A stretch of DNA of 64,000 nucleotides from an uncultured Acidobacteriota bacterium (GCA_963817925.1 CAWFQN010000001.1:11311-75310); one strand, 5' to 3'; shown: positions 9,679-19,705, counted from the first letter of the stretch. The notes: generated by a model from the letters alone, not told the origin. Made by a program: numbers and translations.

Positions 9679-10674
9679 ATGTTCTATCGCGTCGGCGCAA
9701 TCTCCCGTCTGCTCACTGCTGTGGCCCTACTCGCACTTGTGACTGCCCCCTTTACTTTCGTGCCTGCAGCAGAGGCGCAATCGGTGACATGGAAGAAGCT
9801 TTCTCCAAAAAACTCCCCGTCCGCCCGAGCCTATTCGGCGATGGCCTACGACCCGGTCAGCAAGAAAATCGTGCTCTTTAGCGGATTCAACGGAACTAGC
9901 TATCCGCAAGAGACCTGGACGTTCGATGGAACCACATGGAGCAAGCAGAAGACGACGGTGGCGCCTTCCGGGCGTGCTGGGGCTTCGATGGCTTTTGACC
10001 GGGTGACGCGCAAGCTAGTGTTGTTTGGAGGCTTCGACGGCACGCACTACCTCGGCGACACTTGGCTTTGGGACGGAGCCACTTCCAGTTGGACACAAGC
10101 GCATCCCAAGTCGTCGCCCACAGCCGTGACCGGTCCCATGCTGTTCACGGATCCGAAAAACGGTCATGCCGACCAGTTTGGCGGTTACGATGGCAAGTTC
10201 TACCAACTTACAACTTGGCGCTGGAATGGCAGCACCTGGGTACAGTTGCATCCGACAAACACGCCCGGGGCACGGTCGATCGCCGTGGCTGCGCTCGACA
10301 GCGCGAGAAAGAATGTTGTGCTCTTTGGCGGACTGGGCGATGTGAGGACCGACAATACATGGACGTGGGACGGCACCGACTGGACCCAGCAATCTCCCTC
10401 CGTCCAACCACCGACTCGTTATGGGGCAGGCGCCGCGTTCGATCCGAAATTGCACATGGTGGTCATCTTTGGTGGCGGGGTCGGTGGAGTGGATCAGAAT
10501 CAGACTTGGGCGTGGACGGGATCGGACTGGACTCAACTGACAACTCCGAAGTTCCCGGCTGCGCGTGAATCCATGGGGATGGCCTACGACGCAGCCAGCA
10601 GCCAATTCCTGGTCTTCGGCGGGATTGGTGGCAACACTCTCTTCCGAGACACGTGGCAGTTGATTGGGCACTAA
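9679..10674 (+). CDS. secreted Kelch-repeat beta-propeller protein
   Basis: 331-aa ORF with a signal peptide (LLALVTAPFTFVPAAEAQ) and six repeats of the FGG(F/Y)DG..Y..DTW.WDG..W type. Confidence 0.85.
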   Translation: MFYRVGAISRLLTAVALLALVTAPFTFVPAAEAQSVTWKKLSPKNSPSARAYSAMAYDPVSKKIVLFSGFNGTSYPQETWTFDGTTWSKQKTTVAPSGRAGASMAFDRVTRKLVLFGGFDGTHYLGDTWLWDGATSSWTQAHPKSSPTAVTGPMLFTDPKNGHADQFGGYDGKFYQLTTWRWNGSTWVQLHPTNTPGARSIAVAALDSARKNVVLFGGLGDVRTDNTWTWDGTDWTQQSPSVQPPTRYGAGAAFDPKLHMVVIFGGGVGGVDQNQTWAWTGSDWTQLTTPKFPAARESMGMAYDAASSQFLVFGGIGGNTLFRDTWQLIGH

Positions 10675-10759
10675 TAGGGCAGCGGAAGACGTGCTGATTT
10701 TTCAACGCTGCACTGGCTGATTTCTCCCCAGTGGCGACGTGTGATAACCTCGGCGTTCG

Positions 10760-11089
10760 ATGTCCGAGCCTACCTCCGACCGTCGCTCTCGCAAACGAGT
10801 ACCCGTGCGCCTGGGTGTCTCGATCCGATCCCCGCAGAGTGAACCGGCCACGGGATATACCCGTGACCTAAGTACGAGCGGGATCTTCCTCTACGCGGAT
10901 TCCGAGATTCTCGCGGGAAGTGAATTGGAGATGGTGTTGATGCTCCCAACCCAGCTCACCGATGGAGAAAAGCGTTGGGTATGTTGTCAAGCCTCGGTTG
11001 TCCGCGTGGAGCCTGGAGGAGAAGACGGCCGTTTCGGCGTGGCGGCCAGAATCCGGAGTATCGCGAGCTTGCCGGAAATTCCGGGCTGA
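10760..11089 (+). CDS. PilZ domain protein
   Basis: 109-aa ORF with RRSRKRVPVR (RxxxR) and DLSTSGIFLY (DxSxxG). Confidence 0.75.
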   Translation: MSEPTSDRRSRKRVPVRLGVSIRSPQSEPATGYTRDLSTSGIFLYADSEILAGSELEMVLMLPTQLTDGEKRWVCCQASVVRVEPGGEDGRFGVAARIRSIASLPEIPG

Positions 11090-11262
11090 CCTTAGCTCTA
11101 CTGGCGAACCACGCCGGCGCTGAGAGCCGACGGATTGGTGGCTCCGACGGCGGCCTGTAAGAAAATTATCAAAAATTTAGGAATCCACTTCCCTTTGCAT
11201 GACATTTGGTGCAATAATTCTGGCCCTTGGATTGCTCTGGTCCAAGAGGTCGAGATTAAAGA

Positions 11263-11628
11263 TTGCAAATGTCAGGTGATCCGGTTATGTGGATGGAAAA
11301 GCTCGCCCAAGGTGTATTGCGCGTACTCACACCGCTGGGACCACGGTATCTCAATCCTTCATTCGCCCAGCGCCTCTACCTGCTGTGGATTTTCCGCAAC
11401 TTTGAAACTTTGCCCGTGAAGGTACTCAGCCCGGGACAACAAAGACGTATCGAGGCGATGTGCGCTCGCCACGGATTTGTGTCCGTCCTAGAGCCAAATG
11501 GCTTAGTGGATACTCCACTGCTCGGGACCTTGGAACAACGCCCGCCGGTTGCATCGCCACGTCGGCCGAATCGAAGTGTGTCCGATGCAGTGGGATCGTT
11601 TGCGGCGGATCTTCGACAAGGCTCCTAA
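11263..11628 (+). CDS. hypothetical protein
   Basis: 121-aa ORF in a gap with no competing gene. No motif recognised. The start is uncertain (MWMEKL or MEKL is possible). Confidence 0.3.
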   Translation: MQMSGDPVMWMEKLAQGVLRVLTPLGPRYLNPSFAQRLYLLWIFRNFETLPVKVLSPGQQRRIEAMCARHGFVSVLEPNGLVDTPLLGTLEQRPPVASPRRPNRSVSDAVGSFAADLRQGS

Positions 11629-11731
11629 GGCGCGTCAAGCCTAGCCGTCAACTAGACAATACCCTCGGTCGCGACGCGAATGCAGCAGCGATGGGCCGAG
11701 TCACTACAGTCGCTTCCAGCGTTCGCTCTCG

Positions 11732-12163
11732 CTATTGCGGCTTGCTACCCGCTGATGTCATCTCACCGCACGGGCCTCCACTGTGCACGCCACCCATATG
11801 CGGCCCTTCACCTCGGCTCTCCCGGCATGACTTGATCGCAGCCTCTTGCTGCGGCGTAATCAGACCTCCTACCTGCTTCTGCGCCTCTTGGTGGAGTTGC
11901 TGGATTTTCTGTTGCTTCTGCTGTGGCGTGAGGGAAGAATCGCTGCACACGGCCTCAATCTGGCTGTGCGTGTTCTCTTCAATTTGTTTACGCTGCTGCA
12001 TCGCCGACTGAGAGACCCCTGCCTGTTGCCAGCAGGGTTGCTTGTGCGTTGGAGTGGCTCCGCGGGGTGAGACCGGAGAAGTAGCTGTTTGCGCTACCAG
12101 CGGATATGTCCCGAGCAAAGTGAATAATGTTGCTGCACAACCAAACCACTTCATTTTTGTCAT
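11732..12163 (-). CDS. secreted Gln-rich hypothetical protein
   Basis: I trimmed the ORF 11732..12256 to ATG 12163, which is preceded by GGGAGG. Signal peptide MTKMKWFGCAATLFTLLGTYPLVAQ, then a QQKQQKIQQLHQEAQKQ repeat region. Confidence 0.5.
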   Translation of the reverse strand: MTKMKWFGCAATLFTLLGTYPLVAQTATSPVSPRGATPTHKQPCWQQAGVSQSAMQQRKQIEENTHSQIEAVCSDSSLTPQQKQQKIQQLHQEAQKQVGGLITPQQEAAIKSCRESRGEGPHMGGVHSGGPCGEMTSAGSKPQ

Positions 12164-12420
12164 GGAGACCTCCCTGTGTGCGAAACCCAATCCCAGAAAG
12201 AAAGTTGCTGGGAAAAGATGCTGGCGGTTGGCGCATAGGAGGTGGCCGAGCGCCACTGCGAATTACCGTGAAGAATTTGGAAGCAGAAAGGTCTACGGCA
12301 CGGCGAACCACGCCCGATGGCGTGTATACTGGGCGCGCTTTTTGAATCAAGAAGGAACTCCTGCCGCGGATGGCCGGGATCCAGCCTGGTTGCGGCAGGT
12401 AAGAGATAGAAAGAGCGCCG

Positions 12421-13659
12421 TTGAAAATCATTCGCCTCAAGACAGCGGTGGTGGAAGGAAATTTCGATTGGACCTTTGTCCGCATCGAGACCGACGAAAC
12501 CGTCACCGGCCTCGGTGAGTGTTTTTTTGCTCCCGGCCTCACTTCGATTCTGCGCTCGCTCGAGCCGCTCCTGCTGGGAGAAGACCCGCGCGATATTCAT
12601 CGGTTGTTCCGCAAACTGCAACTCGCGACTTCGGGCGCGGGTTCGGTGGCGGGGATCGTGTACAACGCGATCAGCGGCATCGAAGCGGCGCTTTGGGACT
12701 TGCTTGGCCAGTGGCTCGATGTACCCATCTATCGCTTGTTGGGAGGAAAGTTTCGCGACCGAGTCCGCATATATGCGGATTGTCACGGGGGAGAAGCGCT
12801 CGAGAGCCTGGACGAGGTGTTGCGCTCCCGCCCAGCGTCGTGGGCGCCGAAAGATCCCAAGCACACTGCGAGAGATTATTTCGGCGAGGCGGGCGAAGAT
12901 TCTCCTGCTTCGCCCGACGACTATCGCCGCCAAGCGCTGGCGAAGAGAGCTGAAGGCTTCACCGCCCTGAAGTTCGACCTGGATGTGCCGGGCACGGAAG
13001 GCTCCGACCCGCACAATCGAGTGCTCAGCAATCGCGCGATCGATCGCATGGTGAGCTTGATTGGCGCGGTTCACGACGCGGTGGGTAGGGATACGGACAT
13101 CGCGGTTGATTGCCATTGGCGCTACAACGCCAGCGACGTTGTGAAAGTGGCGCGCGAGCTGGAGCCTTTTCGCCTGCTGTGGCTCGAAGATCCGGTCCCT
13201 CCCAATAACGCCGCCGCGCTGAGGGAAGTCAGCTCGAGAGTGCGGGTGCCGATTGCGACCGGGGAGAATCTTTTTCTCTTTGAAGGCTTTCAGGAAATCG
13301 TCGCGCAACACGCGCTGAGCATTGTTACCCCCGACCTTCAGAAGGTGGGAGGCTTGTCCGTCGCACAGAGTATTGCACAGTTTGCCGATGTGCATACCAT
13401 GCCGGTTGCTCCGCACAACATCAGCAGTCCGATCGGCACTTTAGCTGCGGCCCACTTCTGTGCGGCGATCCCAAACGTTCTTGCGCTTGAGTTTCATGCC
13501 TCTGACGTTCCTTTCTGGAATGACCTTGTTGAAGGATTACCCACGCCAATCATTCGGGATGGATTCATTTCCATCCCGGAGAAACCCGGCCTCGGGGTCA
13601 AGTTGAATGAGGAGGTAGCCCGGCGCTATGCGCGCAAGGGAGAGCCGTTTTTTGAATAG
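12421..13659 (+). CDS. enolase-superfamily enzyme (mandelate racemase/muconate lactonizing family, sugar-acid dehydratase-like)
   Basis: 412-aa ORF with MKIIRLKTAVVEGNFDWTFVRIETDETVTGLGE, ALKFDLD, DCHWRY and LLWLEDP. Confidence 0.85.
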   Translation: MKIIRLKTAVVEGNFDWTFVRIETDETVTGLGECFFAPGLTSILRSLEPLLLGEDPRDIHRLFRKLQLATSGAGSVAGIVYNAISGIEAALWDLLGQWLDVPIYRLLGGKFRDRVRIYADCHGGEALESLDEVLRSRPASWAPKDPKHTARDYFGEAGEDSPASPDDYRRQALAKRAEGFTALKFDLDVPGTEGSDPHNRVLSNRAIDRMVSLIGAVHDAVGRDTDIAVDCHWRYNASDVVKVARELEPFRLLWLEDPVPPNNAAALREVSSRVRVPIATGENLFLFEGFQEIVAQHALSIVTPDLQKVGGLSVAQSIAQFADVHTMPVAPHNISSPIGTLAAAHFCAAIPNVLALEFHASDVPFWNDLVEGLPTPIIRDGFISIPEKPGLGVKLNEEVARRYARKGEPFFE

Positions 13660-13740
13660 CGTGTGTAACCCATCGCAGTGGCGGGTTATGCTAAAACCGT
13701 ACAGTACTTCGCAGCGTTCGCTTCAGCCTTAGAACTGCCA

Positions 13741-14442
13741 ATGAGCAAAACCAGTTTATGGAAATCCGACGACGAACTCTTCATTATCGTGCAGCGCGAA
13801 CTTTTCACCTGCGTCGTGGGCGATGTGATGGACAAGCTCGAGCTTCAGCATCAGTTCCTTCCGCCGCAAATTCAGCCTCTCCGGCCGGATATGGTCGTGA
13901 TCGGCCGCGCGATGCCGGTTCTCTCGGTGGATGTTTTTGCCGAAAAAATCTCCGGCAGCGCCAACAAGTTAATGGAGAAATCGTTTGGCCTGATGCTGGA
14001 AGCGCTCGACGACCTTCGCAGTAACGAAGTCTACGTCAACACTGGTTCCTCACCACGAAACGCGCTGTGGGGAGAACTCATGAGCACACGAGCCCGCAAG
14101 CTGGGCTGCCGGGGCGCGGTGTTGAACGGCTACGTGAGAGATACCAGGGCTATTCTGAATATGAGCTTTCCTACTTTCGGTTTCGGCTCCTACGGACAAG
14201 ACGCAGCCCCACGCTACAAAGTGGTCGACTTCCGTATTCCGGTTGAGATCGGATCGGTACGTGTTCGTCCCGGAGATATTCTTTTTGGCGACATTGATGG
14301 TGTCTTGGTCGTTCCCGCTGAAGCCGAAGCTGAGGTTTTCACGCGGGCTCTCGAAAAGGCGCGCGGTGAAAAGCTAGTTAGAAAAGCCATTGAAGAAGGA
14401 AGCAGTGCGGTCGAAGCCTTCGAGAAGTATGGAATCATGTAA
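13741..14442 (+). CDS. RraA-family protein (HMG/CHA-aldolase-like)
   Basis: I prefer the ATG at 13741, giving 233 aa, within the ORF 13678..14442. GELMSTRARKLGCRGAVLNGYVRD and GDILFGDIDGVLVVP are typical of the RraA-like fold. Confidence 0.7.
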   Translation: MSKTSLWKSDDELFIIVQRELFTCVVGDVMDKLELQHQFLPPQIQPLRPDMVVIGRAMPVLSVDVFAEKISGSANKLMEKSFGLMLEALDDLRSNEVYVNTGSSPRNALWGELMSTRARKLGCRGAVLNGYVRDTRAILNMSFPTFGFGSYGQDAAPRYKVVDFRIPVEIGSVRVRPGDILFGDIDGVLVVPAEAEAEVFTRALEKARGEKLVRKAIEEGSSAVEAFEKYGIM

Positions 14443-14448
14443 GGGAAA

Positions 14449-15657
14449 ATGGGGACCCGAATCGTGAGTACAAACCTCGTGACTGCAAACACGATCCCTC
14501 GTGCACAACAGATACGCACCTTTCTCCAGCAACATGATTTGCGTGCCTGGATCGCGTGGAGGCCTGACGAGCTCCTCATGCTGTCGGGGTATTTTCCCTA
14601 CTGGGGCGCTTCGTTGCTGATTTGCTTCGCGGACGCGGAGCCCATCCTTTTCGTTCCGCTCCTTGAGCCAAGGGACCATATTCCCGCCGGGTTGCGGGTT
14701 CAAGAATATCCCTGGGGCGATCTCAAGTGCAGCGATCCGTATTCAGTCCTGGTGTCGGCGGTTGGCGGTGAACTGAGTAAAGCAAAAACAAAGAGCGAAC
14801 AGGTTGGAATGAATCTCAGCTCCTCGAGAATTTCTCTCCCGATTCAAGCCGCCGAGCAAATTCCTATCCCGGAAGGCTTTTCCGGACAGCTATCTGCGCT
14901 CTCCGCGAAACTAGACCGTAAGTGCGAGACCGCTTTCGCGGACCTTTACTTAAGAAAAACTCCGGAAGAAATCGCTGGAATCCGTCAGGCAAACCGAGTG
15001 GCGGATGTTGGCCTGCAGGCTTTCTTTGAGAATCTGCGACCAGGCATCGCGGAGGCGGAGGTCGCCGCCGAGGTGGAGTCAGCCATTTATCGCCAAATCG
15101 GCTGCGATGGAATATTCCATTCCCGAGGGTGGGCCATGGTTCAATCCGGCCCCAACAGCGCCGATGCAGGGCGATTTAACCGCTCAACCGGGCGGCGCTT
15201 AGAGGACGGCGACCTGGTTTTGATCGAATTGGCGACTTGCGTCAACGGCTATTGGAGCGACCTTACGCGCACTGCCGCGGTAGGTTCTCCCAAGCCTGAA
15301 GTTGCGCGAATTCTCGCCATTGCTACCGACGCGCAGCAAGCCGCTGTCGACGGCGTACGTCCCGGTGTCACCGCCGGCCACATTGACTCGTTGGCGAGAG
15401 ATAAGATCGCAGCGCAAGGTCTCTCGTCTTTCTTCACCCATCACACGGGTCATCATGTTGGCTTCCGCTATCACGATCCCGGATTTTTGATTCTCCCCGG
15501 AGAATCCGCCAAGCTTGAGCCCGGGATGGTGATTACGCTCGAGCCGGGAGTGTACGTTCCCGAACGTGGTTGTGGCGCGCGCATCGAGGACAACGTTCTG
15601 GTAACCGAATCCGGTCACGAAGTGCTTTCGAGATTTGAGGGGAGCGAACTGCAGTGA
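14449..15657 (+). CDS. M24-family metallopeptidase (Xaa-Pro aminopeptidase/creatinase-like)
   Basis: 402-aa ORF with HHTGHHVGFRYHDPG, LEPGVYVP and ARIEDNVLVTE metal-ligand motifs. Confidence 0.8.
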   Translation: MGTRIVSTNLVTANTIPRAQQIRTFLQQHDLRAWIAWRPDELLMLSGYFPYWGASLLICFADAEPILFVPLLEPRDHIPAGLRVQEYPWGDLKCSDPYSVLVSAVGGELSKAKTKSEQVGMNLSSSRISLPIQAAEQIPIPEGFSGQLSALSAKLDRKCETAFADLYLRKTPEEIAGIRQANRVADVGLQAFFENLRPGIAEAEVAAEVESAIYRQIGCDGIFHSRGWAMVQSGPNSADAGRFNRSTGRRLEDGDLVLIELATCVNGYWSDLTRTAAVGSPKPEVARILAIATDAQQAAVDGVRPGVTAGHIDSLARDKIAAQGLSSFFTHHTGHHVGFRYHDPGFLILPGESAKLEPGMVITLEPGVYVPERGCGARIEDNVLVTESGHEVLSRFEGSELQ

Positions 15658-16427
15658 TCAGCATTGATCTTTCCGGCAAAACGATCCTGATCACTGGGGC
15701 ATTGGGTGCGATTGCCGAGCACGTGGTGCGGAGGCTCGCTGCAAGCGGCGCTACGCTAGTGCTCACCGACATAAAGCCGGCAGGCGAGGCACGGCGTACG
15801 CTCGACGATTGGCAGATTCTGCCCTCGTCTTACTTATATCTTGCCGCCGACATTACCGACTCCGGCCAGGTTGACCGCGTGGTGAGTGCCGCGTTCGAAA
15901 AGTTTCCGGGCATGGATACGGTTATCGGCCATGCGGGCGGCTGTGGATTGCATCCGTTCGCCAGCACCTCGGAAGCCGATTATGAGCGCATCTTTCGCTT
16001 CAACTACTTCGCACAAACTTATCTCGCGCGGTCGGTGCTCGCACAATGGACCCAGCGCAACATTGCCGGCCATCTGATCTTTACATCCTCCTACGTAGCG
16101 CGAATGCCGCACTCGCAAATCTCTTCGTACGCCTCGGCCAAAGCGGCGCTGGAAAACTTCGCGCGCAGCCTGGCCCTTGAATATGCGCTGACCGGCATCC
16201 GGGTGAATGTGGTTTCGCCCGGAAATGTCGCCGCCGGCAGCTCGCTGAAAGTTTTCGAGGAAGACCCCGCATACCGGGAATTTGTGCTGCGAGTTTCGCT
16301 CGGCAGAAGAAACAGCCCAGAGTCGGTTGCCGACGCGTTTGTTTTTTTGTGCTCACCGCTGGCCAGCGAGATCAACGGGCAAATTCTCAGCCCCGACTAT
16401 GGCGGAGGCATCGGAAATCGGTTATGA
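15654..16427 (+). CDS. SDR-family oxidoreductase
   Basis: 257-aa ORF. The GTG start overlaps the upstream stop (GTGA). Has ITGALGAIAEH (TGxxxGxG variant) and YASAKAAL (YxxxK). Confidence 0.85.
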   Translation: MISIDLSGKTILITGALGAIAEHVVRRLAASGATLVLTDIKPAGEARRTLDDWQILPSSYLYLAADITDSGQVDRVVSAAFEKFPGMDTVIGHAGGCGLHPFASTSEADYERIFRFNYFAQTYLARSVLAQWTQRNIAGHLIFTSSYVARMPHSQISSYASAKAALENFARSLALEYALTGIRVNVVSPGNVAAGSSLKVFEEDPAYREFVLRVSLGRRNSPESVADAFVFLCSPLASEINGQILSPDYGGGIGNRL

Positions 16428-17539
16428 AGATTGGCCTCGGCCTCTATCGTCACATGCTGACCCGCGAATATTACGACTTCGCGTGCCAGGCAGGCTGCAC
16501 GCACGTCGTAGCCCATCTAGTCGATTACTTCAATCAAGGCTCTTCAAACCCGCGTAACAACCAACCCACGGGCGCAAAATACGAGCCGTGGGGTGTCGCA
16601 GGCGATCCCAATCAACTTTGGACTGTTAACGAACTAAAAGCCCTTCGCGGCGAGATTGAAAACTCTGGCCTGGTGTTAGCCGCGATCGAAAACCTCGATC
16701 CCGCACACTGGCACGATATTCTGCTCGATGGCCCGCAACGTCCACAACAGATCGAAAACGTGAAGACCATTATTCGCCACCTCGGCGAAGCTGGTATTCC
16801 GGTACTCGGCTACAACTTCAGTTTGGCCGGTGTCTGCGGCCGTGTATCTGCACCGCTGGGACGCGGCCATGCGATCACCTTGGGCATGGACGGTCCCGCC
16901 GAGGACGTGCCCATTCCGAATGGCACGGTCTGGAACATGGTGTACAACCGCAACGCACCTGCCGGCACTCTGCCCTCGATTTCGCATGAAGAACTGTGGC
17001 GGCGCCTGCAGAGATTTCTGGAAGAAGTGATCCCCGTCGCAGAGCAGTCGGGGGTGCAGCTAGCCGCCCATCCTGACGATCCTCCCATGCCGACCATGCG
17101 ACAGCAGCCGCGTCTGGTTTACCAGCCTCACATGTACCAAACGCTGATTGATCTAGCTCCAAGCCGCAGTAACGCCCTCGAGCTTTGCGTGGGAACTTTG
17201 GCCGAAATGACCGAAGGCAACATCTACGACGCGGTCGATAAATACAGCAAACAAGGTAAGATTGCCTACATTCACCTCCGCAATGTCGTGGGGAAGGTGC
17301 CGCACTATCGCGAGACCTTCATCGACGAGGGCGATGTGGACATGATTCGCATTCTACGAATTCTGCACCACAATCACTTCGACGGTGTGCTCATTCCCGA
17401 CCATACTCCGCAAATGACCTGCTCAGCGCCCTGGCATGCTGGAATGGCGCACACTCTCGGCTTTATGCTGGCGGCAAAAGCGGTCGTCGAATCTTCCCAA
17501 GGCGCGGAACTAACGCGCACCGTTAATGAGGGCGCGTAA
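16424..17539 (+). CDS. uxuA: mannonate dehydratase (UxuA)-like, TIM-barrel sugar-acid dehydratase
   Basis: Trimmed to ATG 16424, which overlaps the SDR stop as ATGA. Starts MKIGLGLYRHML. The C-terminal IPDHTPQM aligns with the UxuA PDHGHQM motif as I recall it. Confidence 0.6.
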   Translation: MKIGLGLYRHMLTREYYDFACQAGCTHVVAHLVDYFNQGSSNPRNNQPTGAKYEPWGVAGDPNQLWTVNELKALRGEIENSGLVLAAIENLDPAHWHDILLDGPQRPQQIENVKTIIRHLGEAGIPVLGYNFSLAGVCGRVSAPLGRGHAITLGMDGPAEDVPIPNGTVWNMVYNRNAPAGTLPSISHEELWRRLQRFLEEVIPVAEQSGVQLAAHPDDPPMPTMRQQPRLVYQPHMYQTLIDLAPSRSNALELCVGTLAEMTEGNIYDAVDKYSKQGKIAYIHLRNVVGKVPHYRETFIDEGDVDMIRILRILHHNHFDGVLIPDHTPQMTCSAPWHAGMAHTLGFMLAAKAVVESSQGAELTRTVNEGA

Positions 17540-18959
17540 CCTGAACTCCCTATCCAGTCCATCGCATTCTCGCGCTCCTCTAGTTATTGCAGCCAGCGTC
17601 GCCACGCTTGGCGGTTTTCTGTTTGGCTACGACAACATTGTCATCAGCGGCGCAATTGGATTCTTGAGCCAGCTGTTTCACCTGGACGCAGCGGGCATCG
17701 GCTGGGCCGCGGGATGCGCGTTGATCGGATGCATCGCCGGCTGCGTCGCGGCAGGAACCGTTGCCGACTATCTAGGCAAGAAAAAGGGTCTCGCGTTGTG
17801 CGCCCTTTGTTTCGCTCTTTCGTCGGTGGGCATGATTTTTGCCGCCGATCTCCATCAGTTCGTTCTCTGGCGGCTGATCGGCGGAGTGGGGATCGGGGCG
17901 GCGTCGGTGATTTCTCCGAACTACATCGCGGAGATTGCTCCCACCCGGGTTCGCGGCCGCTGCGTGACTCTTTATCAGCTTGGCATCGTAGTCGGAATTC
18001 TCGCCGCCGTCTTCGTCAACATGCTCATTCAACGCATGGGCGATGAAGCTTGGAACATCTCCACTGGCTGGCGCTGGATGTTTCTCGCCGGCGTCGTACC
18101 AGCGATTCTGTTCGGATTGATGATTTTGCCTGCGGTCGAAAGTCCGCGGTGGCTGATGAAAATGGGCCGGCGGGATCAGGCCATCGAAGTCCTTGCCAAA
18201 ATCAACGGCGCTGACGTTGCAAGGAGCGAAGCTGCCGAGATTGAGAACTCGCTCGCCATCGAAGAGGGTCACATCTCGGAACTCTTCACCACCTTCCGTC
18301 GCCCGCTGCTGCTGGGCATCATGCTGGCGGGACTGCAACAGATCAGCGGAATCACGCCGCTCTTTTCCTTTTTGCCGGAGATTTTTCGTGCCGCTGGAAC
18401 CGCGACCAGCGACGCATTTTTTCAGTCCGTGCTGGTCAGCCTCATCAATCTTTTGTTTACCCTGTTCGCCCTATGGCTGGTCGACCGCGCCGGACGCAAG
18501 ACATTAATCCTCGCCGGGACCACCCTGCAATTCATCTCTTTCGTATTAGTCGGTTGGTTCTATCACATCCACGGCAGCGGTCTGGCAGTCCTGATCTTCG
18601 TGATGAGCTTCGTCGCCGGTCATGCCTTTGGCAATGGAGTGGCGTGCTGGGTCATCATCTCGGAAATTTATCCCACCAAGGTCCGCGGCCGCGGGATGTC
18701 CATCGCTACGACCGCGCTCTGGCTAGTGGGCTACCTGGGCAACCAACTGTTTCCGATTATGCAAAAGCGTCTGGGATCGGATGGCACCTTCTGGCTTTTC
18801 AGCGCCGGCGCACTCTTGACGGTCGTACTCGTCGCCTGGCTGGTTCCAGAGACCAAAGGCCGGTCGCTGGAGGAGATCACGAAATTGTGGACGGAAGAGA
18901 AATCGGCCGTCGGTCCCGTCCGTTGGGAGGGCGAGGCCGTGATCCCGTTTTGGAACTGA
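17526..18959 (+). CDS. MFS sugar porter
   Basis: 477-aa ORF with GFLFGYD, GKKKG, VESPRWLM and PETKGRSLEEI sugar-porter signatures, and 12 hydrophobic segments. Confidence 0.9.
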   Translation: MRARNLNSLSSPSHSRAPLVIAASVATLGGFLFGYDNIVISGAIGFLSQLFHLDAAGIGWAAGCALIGCIAGCVAAGTVADYLGKKKGLALCALCFALSSVGMIFAADLHQFVLWRLIGGVGIGAASVISPNYIAEIAPTRVRGRCVTLYQLGIVVGILAAVFVNMLIQRMGDEAWNISTGWRWMFLAGVVPAILFGLMILPAVESPRWLMKMGRRDQAIEVLAKINGADVARSEAAEIENSLAIEEGHISELFTTFRRPLLLGIMLAGLQQISGITPLFSFLPEIFRAAGTATSDAFFQSVLVSLINLLFTLFALWLVDRAGRKTLILAGTTLQFISFVLVGWFYHIHGSGLAVLIFVMSFVAGHAFGNGVACWVIISEIYPTKVRGRGMSIATTALWLVGYLGNQLFPIMQKRLGSDGTFWLFSAGALLTVVLVAWLVPETKGRSLEEITKLWTEEKSAVGPVRWEGEAVIPFWN

Positions 18960-19045
18960 AACCACTACCCAGCTAAAGAAATGCCTTGCCAGCCGCGATG
19001 ATTGCTGCTAAATTACAATCGCGGAGTAAAACTTAAAGCAAAAAG

Positions 19046-19073
19046 CGCGGCCCCTCAAGGGCCGCGTTTCTAT
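19046..19073 (+). terminator. intrinsic terminator after the sugar-acid operon
   Basis: 8-bp all-GC stem CGCGGCCC/GGGCCGCG with loop CTCAA, followed by TTTCTATT and preceded by AAAA. Confidence 0.65.
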
Positions 19074-19141
19074 TAGCCCTACTTTTTAGGGACTTTTCGA
19101 CAGAGATTTCCCAGGACAGGAGTTTTCCAGAGGATTTATTC

Positions 19142-19684
19142 ATGACAAAACCGAGAGTAAAGATCAAACACCCCAAGCGGCGCGGGGAATGGGCCGAGAT
19201 GCTCTTCATGGCCATGGCGGCGGAAAATGGACTGGAGGTGACCAAGCCGTTTGGCGAGATGGCGCGCTACGACTTCATAGTGGAATACGAAGGTAAGTTT
19301 GCCCGGGTGCAGGTAAAGTCCACGATCCGTACCCTTGGCTCGGGCTATGCCTGTACCATGCGGGGCTGGCGGGATCCGTACGGGCGCAACGAGTTCGATT
19401 TCGTGGCTGTATATTTAGTCCTGGAAGACCTCTGGTACATCATTCCAGCCAAGCATGTCCTTGGAAAATGGAGTATCGCGCTATGTCCCCACTCGAGGAA
19501 GGCGAAGTACGACCCATACCGCGAAGCCTGGCACCTCTTGCGCGGAGAGTCGGCGAAAAGTGGCAGGGTTCGGTCCATCCAGGCCTGCGCCGAGGAGCAG
19601 ACGATCTCTCCGTTCTCACTCCCCGGCTCTCACGACGAGAGGCCTCATACCTGTTACCCGGTACCGACCGGAGGTCGGAATTAA
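19142..19684 (+). CDS. PD-(D/E)XK-type endonuclease-like protein (PDDEXK_5-like)
   Basis: 180-aa ORF. GEWAEMLFMAMAAENG...YDFIVEYEGKFARVQVKS fits the E...D...(E/Q)xK nuclease core. Confidence 0.55.
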   Translation: MTKPRVKIKHPKRRGEWAEMLFMAMAAENGLEVTKPFGEMARYDFIVEYEGKFARVQVKSTIRTLGSGYACTMRGWRDPYGRNEFDFVAVYLVLEDLWYIIPAKHVLGKWSIALCPHSRKAKYDPYREAWHLLRGESAKSGRVRSIQACAEEQTISPFSLPGSHDERPHTCYPVPTGGRN

Positions 19685-19705
19685 TCGGCTCCTAACTCTG
19701 CCTTG

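Noticed and set aside
12160-13416. 418-aa minus-strand ORF
   Set aside because: It is antisense to the enolase-superfamily gene, whose product has clear family motifs. The composition is Arg/Ala-rich and low-complexity.
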